Source: Planctomycetota bacterium (GTDB taxonomy: Bacteria; Planctomycetota; UBA8108; SXIK01). Taken from it: a stretch of 64,000 nt of DNA. Of this stretch, positions 48,272 through 58,473 are shown piece after piece. Below the pieces are notes generated by a model. It was not told the DNA's origin and ran no database searches. It was given only the letters and a program-made list of their open reading frames with translations. The stretch covers positions 2,432,001 to 2,496,000 of the forward strand of contig CBDCXR010000004.1 of the NCBI GenBank assembly GCA_965223845.1, read 5' to 3'. How positions within the stretch are numbered: position 1 is the first letter of the stretch; each line of letters opens with the position of its first letter. The position numbers and the translations under genes are program-made.

Positions 48272-49039
48272 GTGACGAAGTACAAACACAAGCAAGTCCA
48301 GCAGATATTTGAAGTCCGGTATGAGCGCGGATATCGCTATCTCGACCGATGCGGCGAGACGATGCTTGCCCTAGAGGAATCGCTCGAGCAGTTGACAGGC
48401 GCACTGTGGATGCCGGCTGAGGCTAAGCCCACCGGGGCGCGGCTTGTTTGTCCCGACCTCGACACGGTGATAGCGTTCGACACAACCCGCCTTGTCGTCG
48501 ATCAGACGCCGGGAGAGCGTCCGCAATTCTCGAACATCGCGGAAGAGGCCTACGCCGTGGTCAAGACCCAACTAGTTCTTCAGACGATCGTCCGGTACGG
48601 AAGTAGAAACGTCTATCGGGTGGCCAGGGACTCCGTGTCAGATGCTCGAACACTCGCCGTCAAATTTTCTGCCAAGCCGTTTCCGAAGATCGCAGATGAA
48701 TGGAAATTGAAGGACACGGACCTAAACTGCACCTTCCACAAAGATGAAGATCGCGGCATGAGGGTTGTCCTGAAGGCCGCCCAGAGCGTCAACGCCCCCG
48801 TGCAGATTCCAAGCGATCAGCTTGAGGCGCATCCACGCACGCTGAGCAAGGGGCAGCGGAAGGCGTTTCTGGATTACATCGACCGCAAGAAGCGTAGGGA
48901 GCAGGACCCCTCCGCATGGGTGGTAGTCGATCTCGATTGCTTTCACATGCGACCGGGGATGCGAATCGAGGAATTTCTTCAGGACGCCGGGGCCTCGCAC
49001 AGCGAGTTCCTGGAGAAGATCGTGAGGCCTAATCAATGA
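48272..49039 (+). CDS. TIGR04255-like hypothetical protein
   Basis: 'QIFEVRY..YLDRCG', 'VRYGSRNVY', 'VVDLDCF'. Family assignment is by eye only. Confidence 0.55.
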   Translation: MTKYKHKQVQQIFEVRYERGYRYLDRCGETMLALEESLEQLTGALWMPAEAKPTGARLVCPDLDTVIAFDTTRLVVDQTPGERPQFSNIAEEAYAVVKTQLVLQTIVRYGSRNVYRVARDSVSDARTLAVKFSAKPFPKIADEWKLKDTDLNCTFHKDEDRGMRVVLKAAQSVNAPVQIPSDQLEAHPRTLSKGQRKAFLDYIDRKKRREQDPSAWVVVDLDCFHMRPGMRIEEFLQDAGASHSEFLEKIVRPNQ

Positions 49040-49632
49040 ACGACGGAACAGCGAGCGCATTCGAAGTGTCGACGCAGAAGCACGAATCAGGCGAAGACGT
49101 GTCGACCCTCGACACCTCGAAACTAGCCTCGACACCTCTGGTTGACGGCGAGTGGGGATTTGAAACCCAGGCTGTACGGCCGCAAATCTACCGCCGCGGC
49201 GAGGAGGGTTCGCACCGGAGGGGTGCTCCCATGCATCGCACGCACGCCCGCAAACGGCCCGAAAGCGCGGAGGTCGAGCGGGCGATTGCGATCGCCGATT
49301 CGCTCTCGGAGGGCCATGACCCGCAGACCATGACGGTGAACATCGCGGCCATCGCCGCCCATGTCGGTGAATTGTGGCGATTCGCGGATTCGAATCAAGA
49401 AGAGCGATTCGCAGTTGTGGCGTTGGCAGAGAACGCTCTCGACTCTCTAGTTCGGTCGGACTCCGCGATCAACAGGGACCAGATAATCTTCGTCCAACGC
49501 GCGCTGTACACCCTTCGCCACAAGCGGGTGACCGATACCGACGTCGAATCTGTTCGCGCGAGCTTCGTGGCCGCGGGGTTTTCTCCGTTGTCGTTCGCCA
49601 GCGGGGCCGACGACGGGGAACTCGATGACTAA
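49036..49632 (+). CDS. Hypothetical protein (middle gene of a coupled triad)
   Basis: ATGA overlap upstream and an 8-nt overlap downstream. Confidence 0.65.
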   Translation: MNDGTASAFEVSTQKHESGEDVSTLDTSKLASTPLVDGEWGFETQAVRPQIYRRGEEGSHRRGAPMHRTHARKRPESAEVERAIAIADSLSEGHDPQTMTVNIAAIAAHVGELWRFADSNQEERFAVVALAENALDSLVRSDSAINRDQIIFVQRALYTLRHKRVTDTDVESVRASFVAAGFSPLSFASGADDGELDD

Positions 49633-50455
49633 ACGTGATCGCTCCGGCACGGTGTTAGTGGAGACGACACTGCAGATCGAGCGTCAAAAAGCACGTGGCT
49701 CGTCCCGGAGAGTCGAGGCATTCTTGTCTGGCTTTCGCTTCACGGCGACTTCGAGCTACTCCCGGCTGGAGTTCAAGCGAGCGTGGCTGCGCGATCTCGC
49801 CTATCTTCATGTCAAGTGTTCGAAGTGCAGTCGGCTGGAGGACGTAGAAGAAGCGATCCAAGAGAGCTTCGCGAAGCACCCCTCACAACGCCGCCGCCTC
49901 AATCGGTGCTGGCAAGCGCTTAACTCGTTCCAGAAGAGACTTCCCGGGTCGGAGCCCTACAACCAATCCGTTTTCCGGATTCGAATGCACATCGAAGAGG
50001 CGCTCCTAACCGCTTACGACTGGTGGGATGCGAGCGTCACGCATGAATACACGGGAACATCCTGCGTTCGCGCGGAAGAGAGGCCGATGAAAGGCAAAAA
50101 CGGGAGAATCGACTGCGCGATTCCCGATTGTAGCCCGAACAAGATCGCTTGCAGAATTCATGAGTTCTTCGTGCAGGATCAGTCGAAATTTGACGCAGTC
50201 GAGGAATTGGCGACTTCAGGCAAATGCGGCCCGTGCTCCTCAGAGCTTTCCTCCTCATTCGAATGCATGGAAAACGCGCGAAGAGACCCTAAGACTCTCT
50301 GCGATAACCGAGTCTGCGCAAAAATGGGCGACCTGATTATTGCGGTTGATGGAAGTGACATGGAGTGCTTCGCCGCGAACAATGACAACGAGTGGTCCGT
50401 GATCTCCCGAGCCCTAGGAAAAAAGCTCGAAAATCCCGTATCCGCGAAAGAATAG
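49625..50455 (+). CDS. Cys-rich, PIN-like hypothetical protein
   Basis: 'VLVETTLQI', 'TSSYSRLEF', 'GDLIIA', 'FAANND' resemble the spacing of PIN acidic motifs. Confidence 0.5.
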   Translation: MTKRDRSGTVLVETTLQIERQKARGSSRRVEAFLSGFRFTATSSYSRLEFKRAWLRDLAYLHVKCSKCSRLEDVEEAIQESFAKHPSQRRRLNRCWQALNSFQKRLPGSEPYNQSVFRIRMHIEEALLTAYDWWDASVTHEYTGTSCVRAEERPMKGKNGRIDCAIPDCSPNKIACRIHEFFVQDQSKFDAVEELATSGKCGPCSSELSSSFECMENARRDPKTLCDNRVCAKMGDLIIAVDGSDMECFAANNDNEWSVISRALGKKLENPVSAKE

Positions 50456-50471
50456 ACTGCCGCCTGTTGCC

Positions 50472-51794
50472 CGTCGTGTCCAAAAACTCAACCGAGTCGT
50501 AAACCACGTGTCGAACCGAGTTTGCTCCCGGGCCGTTCGCCCGATTAGCATCGGAAGTATGAACACGATTCACCCTTGGCAGCTGCTGCTGATCACCGTG
50601 GTCGGCTGGATCAATCGCCACCAGCAAGGAATCATCGGCTACCTCGTTGAGGAGAACCGAGTCCTCAAGCGGCAACTCGGCGGCAGGCGTGTTCGCCTGA
50701 CCGATGACGAGCGCCGTCGATTGGCGGTAAAGGGCAAGGCCCTCGGACGTCGCCTTTTGGGCGAGGTCGCGACGATCGTTACGCCAGACACGATTCTCGC
50801 CTGGTATCGACATTTTGATCGCTCGGAAATGGGATTACTCCGACCGAAGAAGGCCCGGACGACCAAGAACGAAGGCCGAGCTTTCGGACCTCGTGGTCCG
50901 CATGGCGCGAGAGAATCCGACGTGGGGATACACGAGGATCCAAGGAGCGCTTGCCCACGTCGGTCACGAGCTCTCGCGAGGAACGATCGCCAACATCCTG
51001 AAGGAGAATGGGATCGAGCCCACGTTCGAGCGAACGAAACGAACGCCCGTTTCTGCGAGCTCACTGGGACGTGCTCGCCGCGGCCGACTTCTTCACCGTC
51101 GAGGTCGCTCGACCCACGGGTTTGATCTCGTACTACGTGCTGTTCGTCATGGAGTTGAAGACCCGACGGGTCCACGTAGCGGGCATCTCCCCCACTCCGG
51201 ACTCGCGCTTCATGCTCCAGGTCGGCCGTGGCCTCACGGACGCCTTCGATGGCTTTCTTCTCGGCAAGCAACTTCTGATTCTCGATCGCGACGCGAAGTA
51301 CACCGGGGATTTTCGCGAGATCTTGACCGGTGCTGGGGTGAGCGTCGTACGCTTGCCCGCGCGATCGCCGAACCTGAACGCCTACGCCGAGCGATTCGTC
51401 TTGTCGATCAAGAGCGAGTGCCTCGATCGAATGATCTTCTTCACGGAGGAGTCGCTTCGACGCGCCGTCAGGTCGTTCGTCGATCACTATCACCGAGAAC
51501 GATGTCACCAGGGGCTCGGCAACAATTTGATTGATGGTGATCCCGAACGTGCACATGGCAGACTCCAATGTCGCGAACGGCTCGGTGGTCTGCTCCGGTA
51601 CTACTACCGGCAGGCGGCGTAGATCGCACCGTCTCCTCTTTCCTCTCGCGGTCGAGCCTCTCGCCGGTATTTGCTGCGTGATTTCGACGACCAGTTGGCC
51701 GATTGATCGATTCCGTTGAGATTCGAGATCGTCTACGTCGATAAGCTTCGGTCAGTTCGGGAATTTCACGTCCGATGAGTTTTTGGACAGGACG
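50472..51794 (+). mobile_element. Insertion sequence with an rve/integrase-core DDE transposase
   Basis: Terminal IRs CGTCGTGTCCAAAAACTCA (50472-50490) / TGAGTTTTTGGACAGGACG (51776-51794), 18/19 match. Confidence 0.85.
50559..51622 (+). pseudogene. Frameshifted integrase-core transposase
   Basis: Split over three frames: '[18 protein letters not shown]' / '[12 protein letters not shown]' / '[22 protein letters not shown]'; shifts near 50815 and 51050. Confidence 0.85.
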
Positions 51795-51851
51795 TCCAAG
51801 CCACAACCTAGCCCGATCGTGTGGCAGCAATCCGCGACAAGGGCATCTGCA

Positions 51852-52907
51852 TCAACAAGACGGATCCTCACACCCGAGCGATGTGTCCGGATCGGGATCG
51901 GCGCCACACACATTCGGTCCGGGAGCCGGGGGAGGGGGAGCTGTCCCGCCGAACAGGAAGCCCAGCACGAAAAGAGGGTCGGATATGTTCGTCAAGGCGT
52001 CGCCGTTGGCGTCACATGCTTCCTCACAACGTGGTGCCGCCGCGTCGCTGAACAGCCGATTCAAATGAAAAACCGCATCTGTGATGTTTAAGTGTCCGTC
52101 ACTGTTGCAATCTCCGCGTCGAAACAGCGGGCCATCGTTGCACGCGATGTCACAGGAGACGGACACGATGCCGCCGCGATACATCGCCTCTCTCACACCA
52201 TCTGCTGCTTCTAAGAACCCGATGACCGTGATCTCATGCTGCCCGGGGAGCGTGTGAGGAAAGCGCGCTTCACTATCTGTTCCATCGACGACCTGCTCCG
52301 GTCCATCATCGTCGAGGAGCACAAGCTGAAACGACGGAGGCGCCGCCGACACCGTCCAACTCGCGCGCAGAACGCACGTGCCGTCGCCCTCACCAGTGCT
52401 CGCACCACAGGCGATGTCCGTGGAATCCGAAAACGGCTGCTCGGGAAGAATCTCGAGAGACCCTACTGCATGTACAGGATCTTCAACACCGGTTTCCTCC
52501 ACACGAAAGTCGTGAGCGCCGACGTCGAGGGAGTCCAAGAAGACCAAGGAGATCGGTGCCGATCTCGGGTTTTCCACCTCCCCCACGTCACTACCGTCGA
52601 CGAGTATTCGCAGTGTCGTTGCGAGCATCGAGCCCGGCTCCCAGATCAGCAGCGCAACATTGCCATGCAAGGTATGGCTGTAATCCGTCTGAACGACGGT
52701 CAGTGATTCGCCGTCAGCTCTCTTGCGGCCAGGTGCGCTCCGCCGCCGAGGGACGAGGCTCGCCCAGCGCTGCTCACCTGCGCTCGAGTGTCGAACCCGA
52801 ACACCCAGATCGTCGTGACGATCGGCCGAAGGCAGAGGGGAGGCAGACGCAAGAAGGACTACCAGGATGAAGCTGAGCGAATGTCGCTGGCTCATGATGC
52901 CCACCAT
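51852..52907 (-). CDS. Secreted protein with a C-terminal dockerin-like domain
   Basis: Signal-like N-terminus; 'FRRGDCNSDG..EACDANGD..GADPDPDTSLGC'. Confidence 0.75.
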   Translation of the reverse strand: MVGIMSQRHSLSFILVVLLASASPLPSADRHDDLGVRVRHSSAGEQRWASLVPRRRSAPGRKRADGESLTVVQTDYSHTLHGNVALLIWEPGSMLATTLRILVDGSDVGEVENPRSAPISLVFLDSLDVGAHDFRVEETGVEDPVHAVGSLEILPEQPFSDSTDIACGASTGEGDGTCVLRASWTVSAAPPSFQLVLLDDDGPEQVVDGTDSEARFPHTLPGQHEITVIGFLEAADGVREAMYRGGIVSVSCDIACNDGPLFRRGDCNSDGHLNITDAVFHLNRLFSDAAAPRCEEACDANGDALTNISDPLFVLGFLFGGTAPPPPAPGPNVCGADPDPDTSLGCEDPSC

Positions 52908-52989
52908 GTTTAGTGAAACACGACAGCACTCGACGTGAATCCGACAAGGAGAGCGACCTGCTCGCGGCAGGCCGCTCTCCTTGAATAAA

Positions 52990-55900
52990 TCAGAACTGTA
53001 CGTCGACATCTCCGTTGAAGTCGCAGCTGTCGACGTTGAATCCCACGGTTCGGGTTTCACGTTTCGCGTCGATCACTGCGGTCACCGAAACCTGGTAGAA
53101 ACCAGGCAGAAGCTGGATCGGATTCGACACCGTCCCGTACTCCCGGTGGAAATCGAAAGGCGGACACGGCAGAGTCGGAACGACGTCCTCGACGGGCACG
53201 TCTTGCACCACGTCGATACTGTCCAGACCGGCTGCCGTCCTGTTGCGGTTGGCGTTGATCCGCATGAGGTGAACCTTCTCCACCGCTTCAAGCGGAACGC
53301 CGCCTAGTGTCGCGACAACGCGAGCACCCGTCTTGACACCTTCTCCGCAGAGCGAACGCGTGACCGTTGTCGCGTCGCCGGTGACGGGGTCGGAGACGTA
53401 CGTGATCGAGATCTCTCCGAGTCGGGACCTTCCCACCTCCGTCGGCGAGAATGCGATGCGGAAGTCACCAGCGCCCACGATTTGCCCTGTCTGCAATACG
53501 ATCGGCATTGTGGGCAGCGCTACGAGCGAGTACTCGTCGGGATTCACGCTGATCGAGACGTCGGTAATTGTGAGATTACAGGTGCCCGAATTGAGAATCG
53601 GGAAGGGCAACCCACTCACGCAGGGTGCGATCGGCTGAATGACCGTCGCTGGGAACGCTAGGTCGTCAGGAACGCCGATCTCCGGCGCCGGGGTCGTTGC
53701 TGTTACCGTGAGCTCGATCACGGGTGTGTCCGGATCGTTGCTGACTATGCGGATCGTACAGGTGTGAGTCCCCACCTCAGTCGGCGTGTAGCGAATCGTA
53801 ACCGGCACGCAGAAGTCGTGGCTGACGGGGCGGGGGAATGGATTGTTTACGATTTCGAAGTCGTCGCACGGAGGAACGAAGGACACTGACGACACTTCGA
53901 GGTTGCTGAGCCCAAAGTTGCAGATGTGGAACTCTTTTTCCGCTTGTTCGTCCGGGCAAACGACGCCGAAGTCCGTCGAGCCTGTCACGCCGATATCTGG
54001 AGGCGGGGAATCCCCAGCGACGTCGATGTCGATCGTGGGTTGATCTGGGTCGTCCGTAGTGACGCGGAAGGTCGCCACCTGCGGCCCGAACACTGTCGGC
54101 TTGAACTGCAGAGGAATACCGACGTGCGCGTCGGGTCCGAGGATGATCGGGAACGGATCATCACCCGGGATTGTGCCGACAGAGAAGTCTGGGCCACCGG
54201 CGATCCGTACGACATCGATGATCTCGAGATCGCACGTCCCTTGGTTGAGCAGCTCTAGCGTCAGCACGCGATCTGAGTCAGAAGGAACATCGCCGAAATC
54301 ACCGCCAGCTTCGAGCGTCGCGTTGATGTCGGGGACGCCACCCTCGCCCGTCATCTCCAGATCGAGGACGGGCTCATCCCCGTCGTTCGACTCTATCCGC
54401 AGCGTGCCCGCCTTGAGTCCAGGAGAGCTCGCCGCGAACCGCACGGTGACGTCGATGTGACTTCCGGGTCTGACGATAAACGGCTGCGTTGGGTGATCCA
54501 GGACCGAGAAGTCGAGAGCACCGGCCACGACGGACACGCTGTCGACGAGAAGATCGGCACCGCCGATGTTGAAGATCGAGACGCGTGACTCCTCGAAGCT
54601 GTCCTCACAGGTGATGTTGAAATCGAGCGGAGCGTTGACACGAAGGTCGGGCTCATCGTCGAGTGAAAACGGTGCATTGGCGACGAGAGCGTAGTTCTGC
54701 GGCCCGTCGGGAACCGAAGTTCCTCTGACGCGGACGGTCCAGAATCCTTGCGCAGCGGCCGTCACCTGCAAGTTCTCGACCGTGTCGATCGTGTTGGGCC
54801 CCGTTGCCGTAGCATTGTTCGTGACGTTCACGGTTCCCGGGCCCGTGAACGGAAACCAGATGCCGCCGTCGGGATCTTCAGCTTCGACATCGAGATCGTT
54901 GACGATGTCATTCGCGGCGTTCGCAGCGACACCTTCGGGATCGATCCAGTTGAGCGTCAGCCGCAAGTTCCCAAGGTCGCCGGGAACGGCGAGCAGATAC
55001 TCGTCGACGTCGTCTTGGTCGACCGATCCCGTGATGATGCGTACCGCCCCGGCATCGATCGTGTTGACGGCCGCGAGCGCATCGAGAAGACCGTGCCCGA
55101 ACAGATAGTCGGGACCCGGACGGCCAAGATCCTGGGCCGTGTTCACGAGAAGCGCTTTGACGACGTCCGGCGATGGGTCTGCGCCGGCGTACTGGTCGCG
55201 ATAGCGTTCGACGAGAAGCGCCGTCGTTCCCGCCACCGTCGGCGAGGCCATGGATGTACCGCTCTTGGCGTCGTAGAGTCCACCCATGCCGGCCGGATCG
55301 GTAGCAGGCGGGCAAGAAGCGGCGTCGGCGGGATCGCACGTCGACTGCAGGTTGACACCGGTTGCCACCACGTCGGGTTTGATGCGTCCGTCGTCCGCGG
55401 GACCAGCAGAGCTAAACGCTGCTATCGCTGTCGGCGTCACGTCGATGACTGCGCCGACGGTGATGATGTTTTTCGAGTTTCCGTGCGTGCCTAGCGTGTC
55501 GTACTGCTGACCATCGGCGCCGGTTGTTCCGTCGCAGTCGCCGGGAGGATTCGGATTGCAGTCGTTCCGGTCGTTGCCAGCCGCTTTTACAACGATCAAG
55601 CCCGTGTCCTGGACAAGATCATCCCAGTCGGCGGCAACACTGTCGTACTGGCCAAAGAGGTTCTGATTGCCGGTCTGCGACGTCACTCCGCCTTGCGTGT
55701 CCCACCCAATGATCGATCCCCACGAGTGGTTGGCGATCACGATGTCATTGTCGTCGACAGCGTCGTCCTGCTCGGTCGCCGGGTCGTCACCAAAATCGTA
55801 GGAGAAGAGCTGGCCGGCGTTCGGCGCCATGCCCTCGCCGGCGGCGAAGTTGGCACCGCTGCTGATCATGGTTCCCGCGACGTGCGTTGCGTGGCCGCTA

Positions 55901-57030
55901 GCGGCTTGATCGTTCTCGACGACGGTTACACGCGGTGTCAGATCGGCGTGGGTCGCTAGGACGGGACCTCCATCCCACATCCCGATGACTACTCCTGTTC
56001 CGTCGAGATTGAACGGAGGTGCTTGGATGTCATCGACATTGGAGTTCTGTTGCGATACGACGTTGAATTCTCGCGGTGGCGGTGCGATCTCGGCGATCGA
56101 CCGGACAGCGGCGTCGGTCGCGAGTCTGGCGATCTGTGCAGCGTCGACTCGCGCCATAAACCGCTCGTTGAACAGGAGTCGGCTGCGATCGCCCACCTGG
56201 ACGCCGTAGCTGTCGACGACGCGCAGGGCGTGCGCCAGAGACACGTCTTCGTAGAATCGCAGATCGACCGACCAGGTTTGGTCTGCGTTCACGACATGTT
56301 CGCTGACGTTTCCGTAGAAAAGCGCAGCGGTGACTTTGTCTGCGGGCTCCACTAACTCGACGCCGCGGATGAGCGGATGACCATACAGCGCTTGCAACGC
56401 CCTGGAGTTGACCTTTGCCAGGTACGTCGTTCGCGCAATCGATTGATAGAAGCGCACGCCAGAGCGCACGAGACTAGCGCGCTCCCTGCCGCGCAGAGGT
56501 CTCGAGAATTGCACATAGACCTCACTGCGGCCAACCGGAGAGTCTATGGGTGTGGTGAGATTTGGAAGGAGGAATCTTGCACCGACATCCACAAGAAATG
56601 CTCTGTCTTCTGCGGAAGCCTGCGCTTGAACGATCGCTCGCGCGTCCTCGTTGAAGGCGTCCGCTCTGAACGGACTCTGCGCGGGCGAGCAAGCGACGGG
56701 AGCAGGGCCGCCACCAAATAAGGTCTGCGTGAGGTGGACGACGTCGGCGAGATTGATGTTGCCGTCGCCATCGACGTCGCCGTTCTGAACTCCTTCACTC
56801 GTCTCGCTGCAGGGAACCGGCGGCGGTCCTCCAGTGTAGAGATAGCGAAGGATATGAACCACATCGCCGATGTCGATATGCCCGTCGTTGTTCGCGTCCC
56901 CGTTTCGCGGCGGATCGAGATTGGTGGGCGAGGCTAGCGTCTGCGCCGTCAGCGGTGTCGCGAAACACGCAACTCCAACAGCCAGGCTCCAAACGAAACT
57001 CGGAATCGTCCTATCGGCCCGTAGCATCAT
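52990..57030 (-). CDS. S8 subtilisin-like protease with an N-terminal dockerin-like pair and C-terminal Ig-like (ASH/choice-of-anchor D) repeats
   Basis: Catalytic triad 'MWDGG', 'HATHVAGT', 'GTSMASP'; 'KPDVVA'; 'NGDANNDG'/'NGDVDGDG'; repeated 'N.G..DL.I'; AAGGAGG RBS. Confidence 0.92.
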   Translation of the reverse strand: MMLRADRTIPSFVWSLAVGVACFATPLTAQTLASPTNLDPPRNGDANNDGHIDIGDVVHILRYLYTGGPPPVPCSETSEGVQNGDVDGDGNINLADVVHLTQTLFGGGPAPVACSPAQSPFRADAFNEDARAIVQAQASAEDRAFLVDVGARFLLPNLTTPIDSPVGRSEVYVQFSRPLRGRERASLVRSGVRFYQSIARTTYLAKVNSRALQALYGHPLIRGVELVEPADKVTAALFYGNVSEHVVNADQTWSVDLRFYEDVSLAHALRVVDSYGVQVGDRSRLLFNERFMARVDAAQIARLATDAAVRSIAEIAPPPREFNVVSQQNSNVDDIQAPPFNLDGTGVVIGMWDGGPVLATHADLTPRVTVVENDQAASGHATHVAGTMISSGANFAAGEGMAPNAGQLFSYDFGDDPATEQDDAVDDNDIVIANHSWGSIIGWDTQGGVTSQTGNQNLFGQYDSVAADWDDLVQDTGLIVVKAAGNDRNDCNPNPPGDCDGTTGADGQQYDTLGTHGNSKNIITVGAVIDVTPTAIAAFSSAGPADDGRIKPDVVATGVNLQSTCDPADAASCPPATDPAGMGGLYDAKSGTSMASPTVAGTTALLVERYRDQYAGADPSPDVVKALLVNTAQDLGRPGPDYLFGHGLLDALAAVNTIDAGAVRIITGSVDQDDVDEYLLAVPGDLGNLRLTLNWIDPEGVAANAANDIVNDLDVEAEDPDGGIWFPFTGPGTVNVTNNATATGPNTIDTVENLQVTAAAQGFWTVRVRGTSVPDGPQNYALVANAPFSLDDEPDLRVNAPLDFNITCEDSFEESRVSIFNIGGADLLVDSVSVVAGALDFSVLDHPTQPFIVRPGSHIDVTVRFAASSPGLKAGTLRIESNDGDEPVLDLEMTGEGGVPDINATLEAGGDFGDVPSDSDRVLTLELLNQGTCDLEIIDVVRIAGGPDFSVGTIPGDDPFPIILGPDAHVGIPLQFKPTVFGPQVATFRVTTDDPDQPTIDIDVAGDSPPPDIGVTGSTDFGVVCPDEQAEKEFHICNFGLSNLEVSSVSFVPPCDDFEIVNNPFPRPVSHDFCVPVTIRYTPTEVGTHTCTIRIVSNDPDTPVIELTVTATTPAPEIGVPDDLAFPATVIQPIAPCVSGLPFPILNSGTCNLTITDVSISVNPDEYSLVALPTMPIVLQTGQIVGAGDFRIAFSPTEVGRSRLGEISITYVSDPVTGDATTVTRSLCGEGVKTGARVVATLGGVPLEAVEKVHLMRINANRNRTAAGLDSIDVVQDVPVEDVVPTLPCPPFDFHREYGTVSNPIQLLPGFYQVSVTAVIDAKRETRTVGFNVDSCDFNGDVDVQF

Positions 57031-57618
57031 GCGGTCCCTCCTTCGAGTCCATGACTCGACAAACCAAACCATTGCTACAAGGCACGTTCTCCACACAGCA
57101 CTCGCTGTGATAAGCGCGCGCCTTCACCCCATACCGATGACCAAAGAGGCGGCTGCAGAGCGCCACTTGCAACGGCTGCGATCGATCCTCAGTCGCCCGT
57201 TGCGTTTTCCACACGCCGCATTAGAGCACGATACCTGACCGAGTGTGACGCGCAATTACGTCAAATCTTTGATGCGAGCGTCTCGCGACGCGCGGGGCAT
57301 CGAGCGTCGTGGCGATACAAGACTGTTCGTTGCTATCTTTTGCGACGCCGCGCGTGAAAATCCTCGACGGCGGGGGGCTCCTGGGCAGATCGCAGGTGAC
57401 GTCTTGCCACGGGCGTGGAGCGTTACGTCAAGCCGGGTGGATTCAGAGACGGAGAGTCCTACTCCGCTTGCGCGTCGGTCCTGCAGCTGTCTCCAATTGC
57501 GCGTTCCGGCTAGTGCCGGCAACTCGCGACGTCCGCGCAGCCGAGCGCCTCGTCCGTCGGTCTCGGCCCGGGGGTCGCTCGGGTACACTGACGGCACTGT
57601 CCTCCTCGGAGTGCCGCC

Positions 57619-57831
57619 GTGTCCGCGATCGACTGGTCCATCGTCGCCCTCATCGATCTCCTCGTCATCGCGTACGGCTGGTACCTCGCGCGCGGCACAC
57701 GGACGAGCGGCGAATGGTTCCTCGCTCGCCGCGCGCTGCCGTGGTGGGCGGTCGGCGTGTCGATGTTCGCGGCTGACCTCGACATCGCGGATCTCGTTTC
57801 GCTCGCTGGCCTGCCCGGGCGCCGGACGTGA
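57619..57831 (+). pseudogene. N-terminal fragment of a sodium:solute symporter
   Basis: 'IDWSIV..EWFLARRALPWWAVGVSMFA' then an early stop, joined to an unrelated TIR tail. Confidence 0.75.
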
Positions 57832-57859
57832 CGGGAGATGGTCAAGAGCGGACGGTTAC

Positions 57860-58030
57860 GATTCTTGGAAGATCAAAGTAAAAGATGAGCCTCATCTCTG
57901 GCGCCAAGTGCGTAAGGCCAACGTGCTCGACTTCTCGAATTGGGAGGCGCGGTTCGCAGAGCAGTTCAAGGAACTCGTCAAGTCCGCGAAGCTGTACTAC
58001 GCACCGAACGCGAAGGAACCGACGTCGTGA
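57860..58030 (+). pseudogene. C-terminal remnant of a TIR protein paralogous to 45972-47186
   Basis: 'DSWKIKVKDEPHLWRQVRKANVLDFSNW..QF..AKLYYAPNAKE' vs 'KSWEPKVEAEPVLWRQVQRCNVLDFSEW..QF..AKRYYAPKAKE'. Confidence 0.8.
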
Positions 58031-58473
58031 CCTGGTCCACCGACCGAAAGATCCTGAACCTCCACCGCGATCTCGGGATCGAACAGCAAGAACTCGCCGA
58101 GCTAGCCGGCATCACGCCGTCGGCGACGTCGGAAATCGAGAGGATGGAGTTTGGCCGGAATCCGCGGGCCGAGGTGCTGCGCGGCGTCGCTCGAGCGCTG
58201 TGGGTGACGGCGGACTACCTGCTTGAAGAGAGCGCGCCCTACCCTCCGACGGTTGGGGAGGATGCTCCGAAGGTCGAGCGGCCGAGGGAGATGGTTGAGA
58301 TGCGGGCGTCGGCCGAGGGGCGGGCGCACTTACGGGCTATGCGGAACCGACCGGTCGAGGCTCTTCGCGTGGCGAGGGCGGTTTTGGCGGCTGGTGAGCG
58401 GGGGCTGGTTGGTGGGGTTCGAGCGTTGGGCGAGAAGGGAACGAACGATGCCAGAGAAGGAAACGGGCCGTAG
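58027..58473 (+). CDS. XRE-family HTH regulator, copy B
   Basis: GTGA overlap; 'RKILNL..ARALWVTADYLL..APYPP.VGED.P.VERPREMVEMR' shared with copy A. Confidence 0.85.
   Translation: MTWSTDRKILNLHRDLGIEQQELAELAGITPSATSEIERMEFGRNPRAEVLRGVARALWVTADYLLEESAPYPPTVGEDAPKVERPREMVEMRASAEGRAHLRAMRNRPVEALRVARAVLAAGERGLVGGVRALGEKGTNDAREGNGP

Noticed and set aside
57860-58030. Duplicate TIR tail as a DGR template/variable repeat pair
   Set aside because: No reverse transcriptase is visible, the divergence is not adenine-specific, and the homology continues into the HTH gene.
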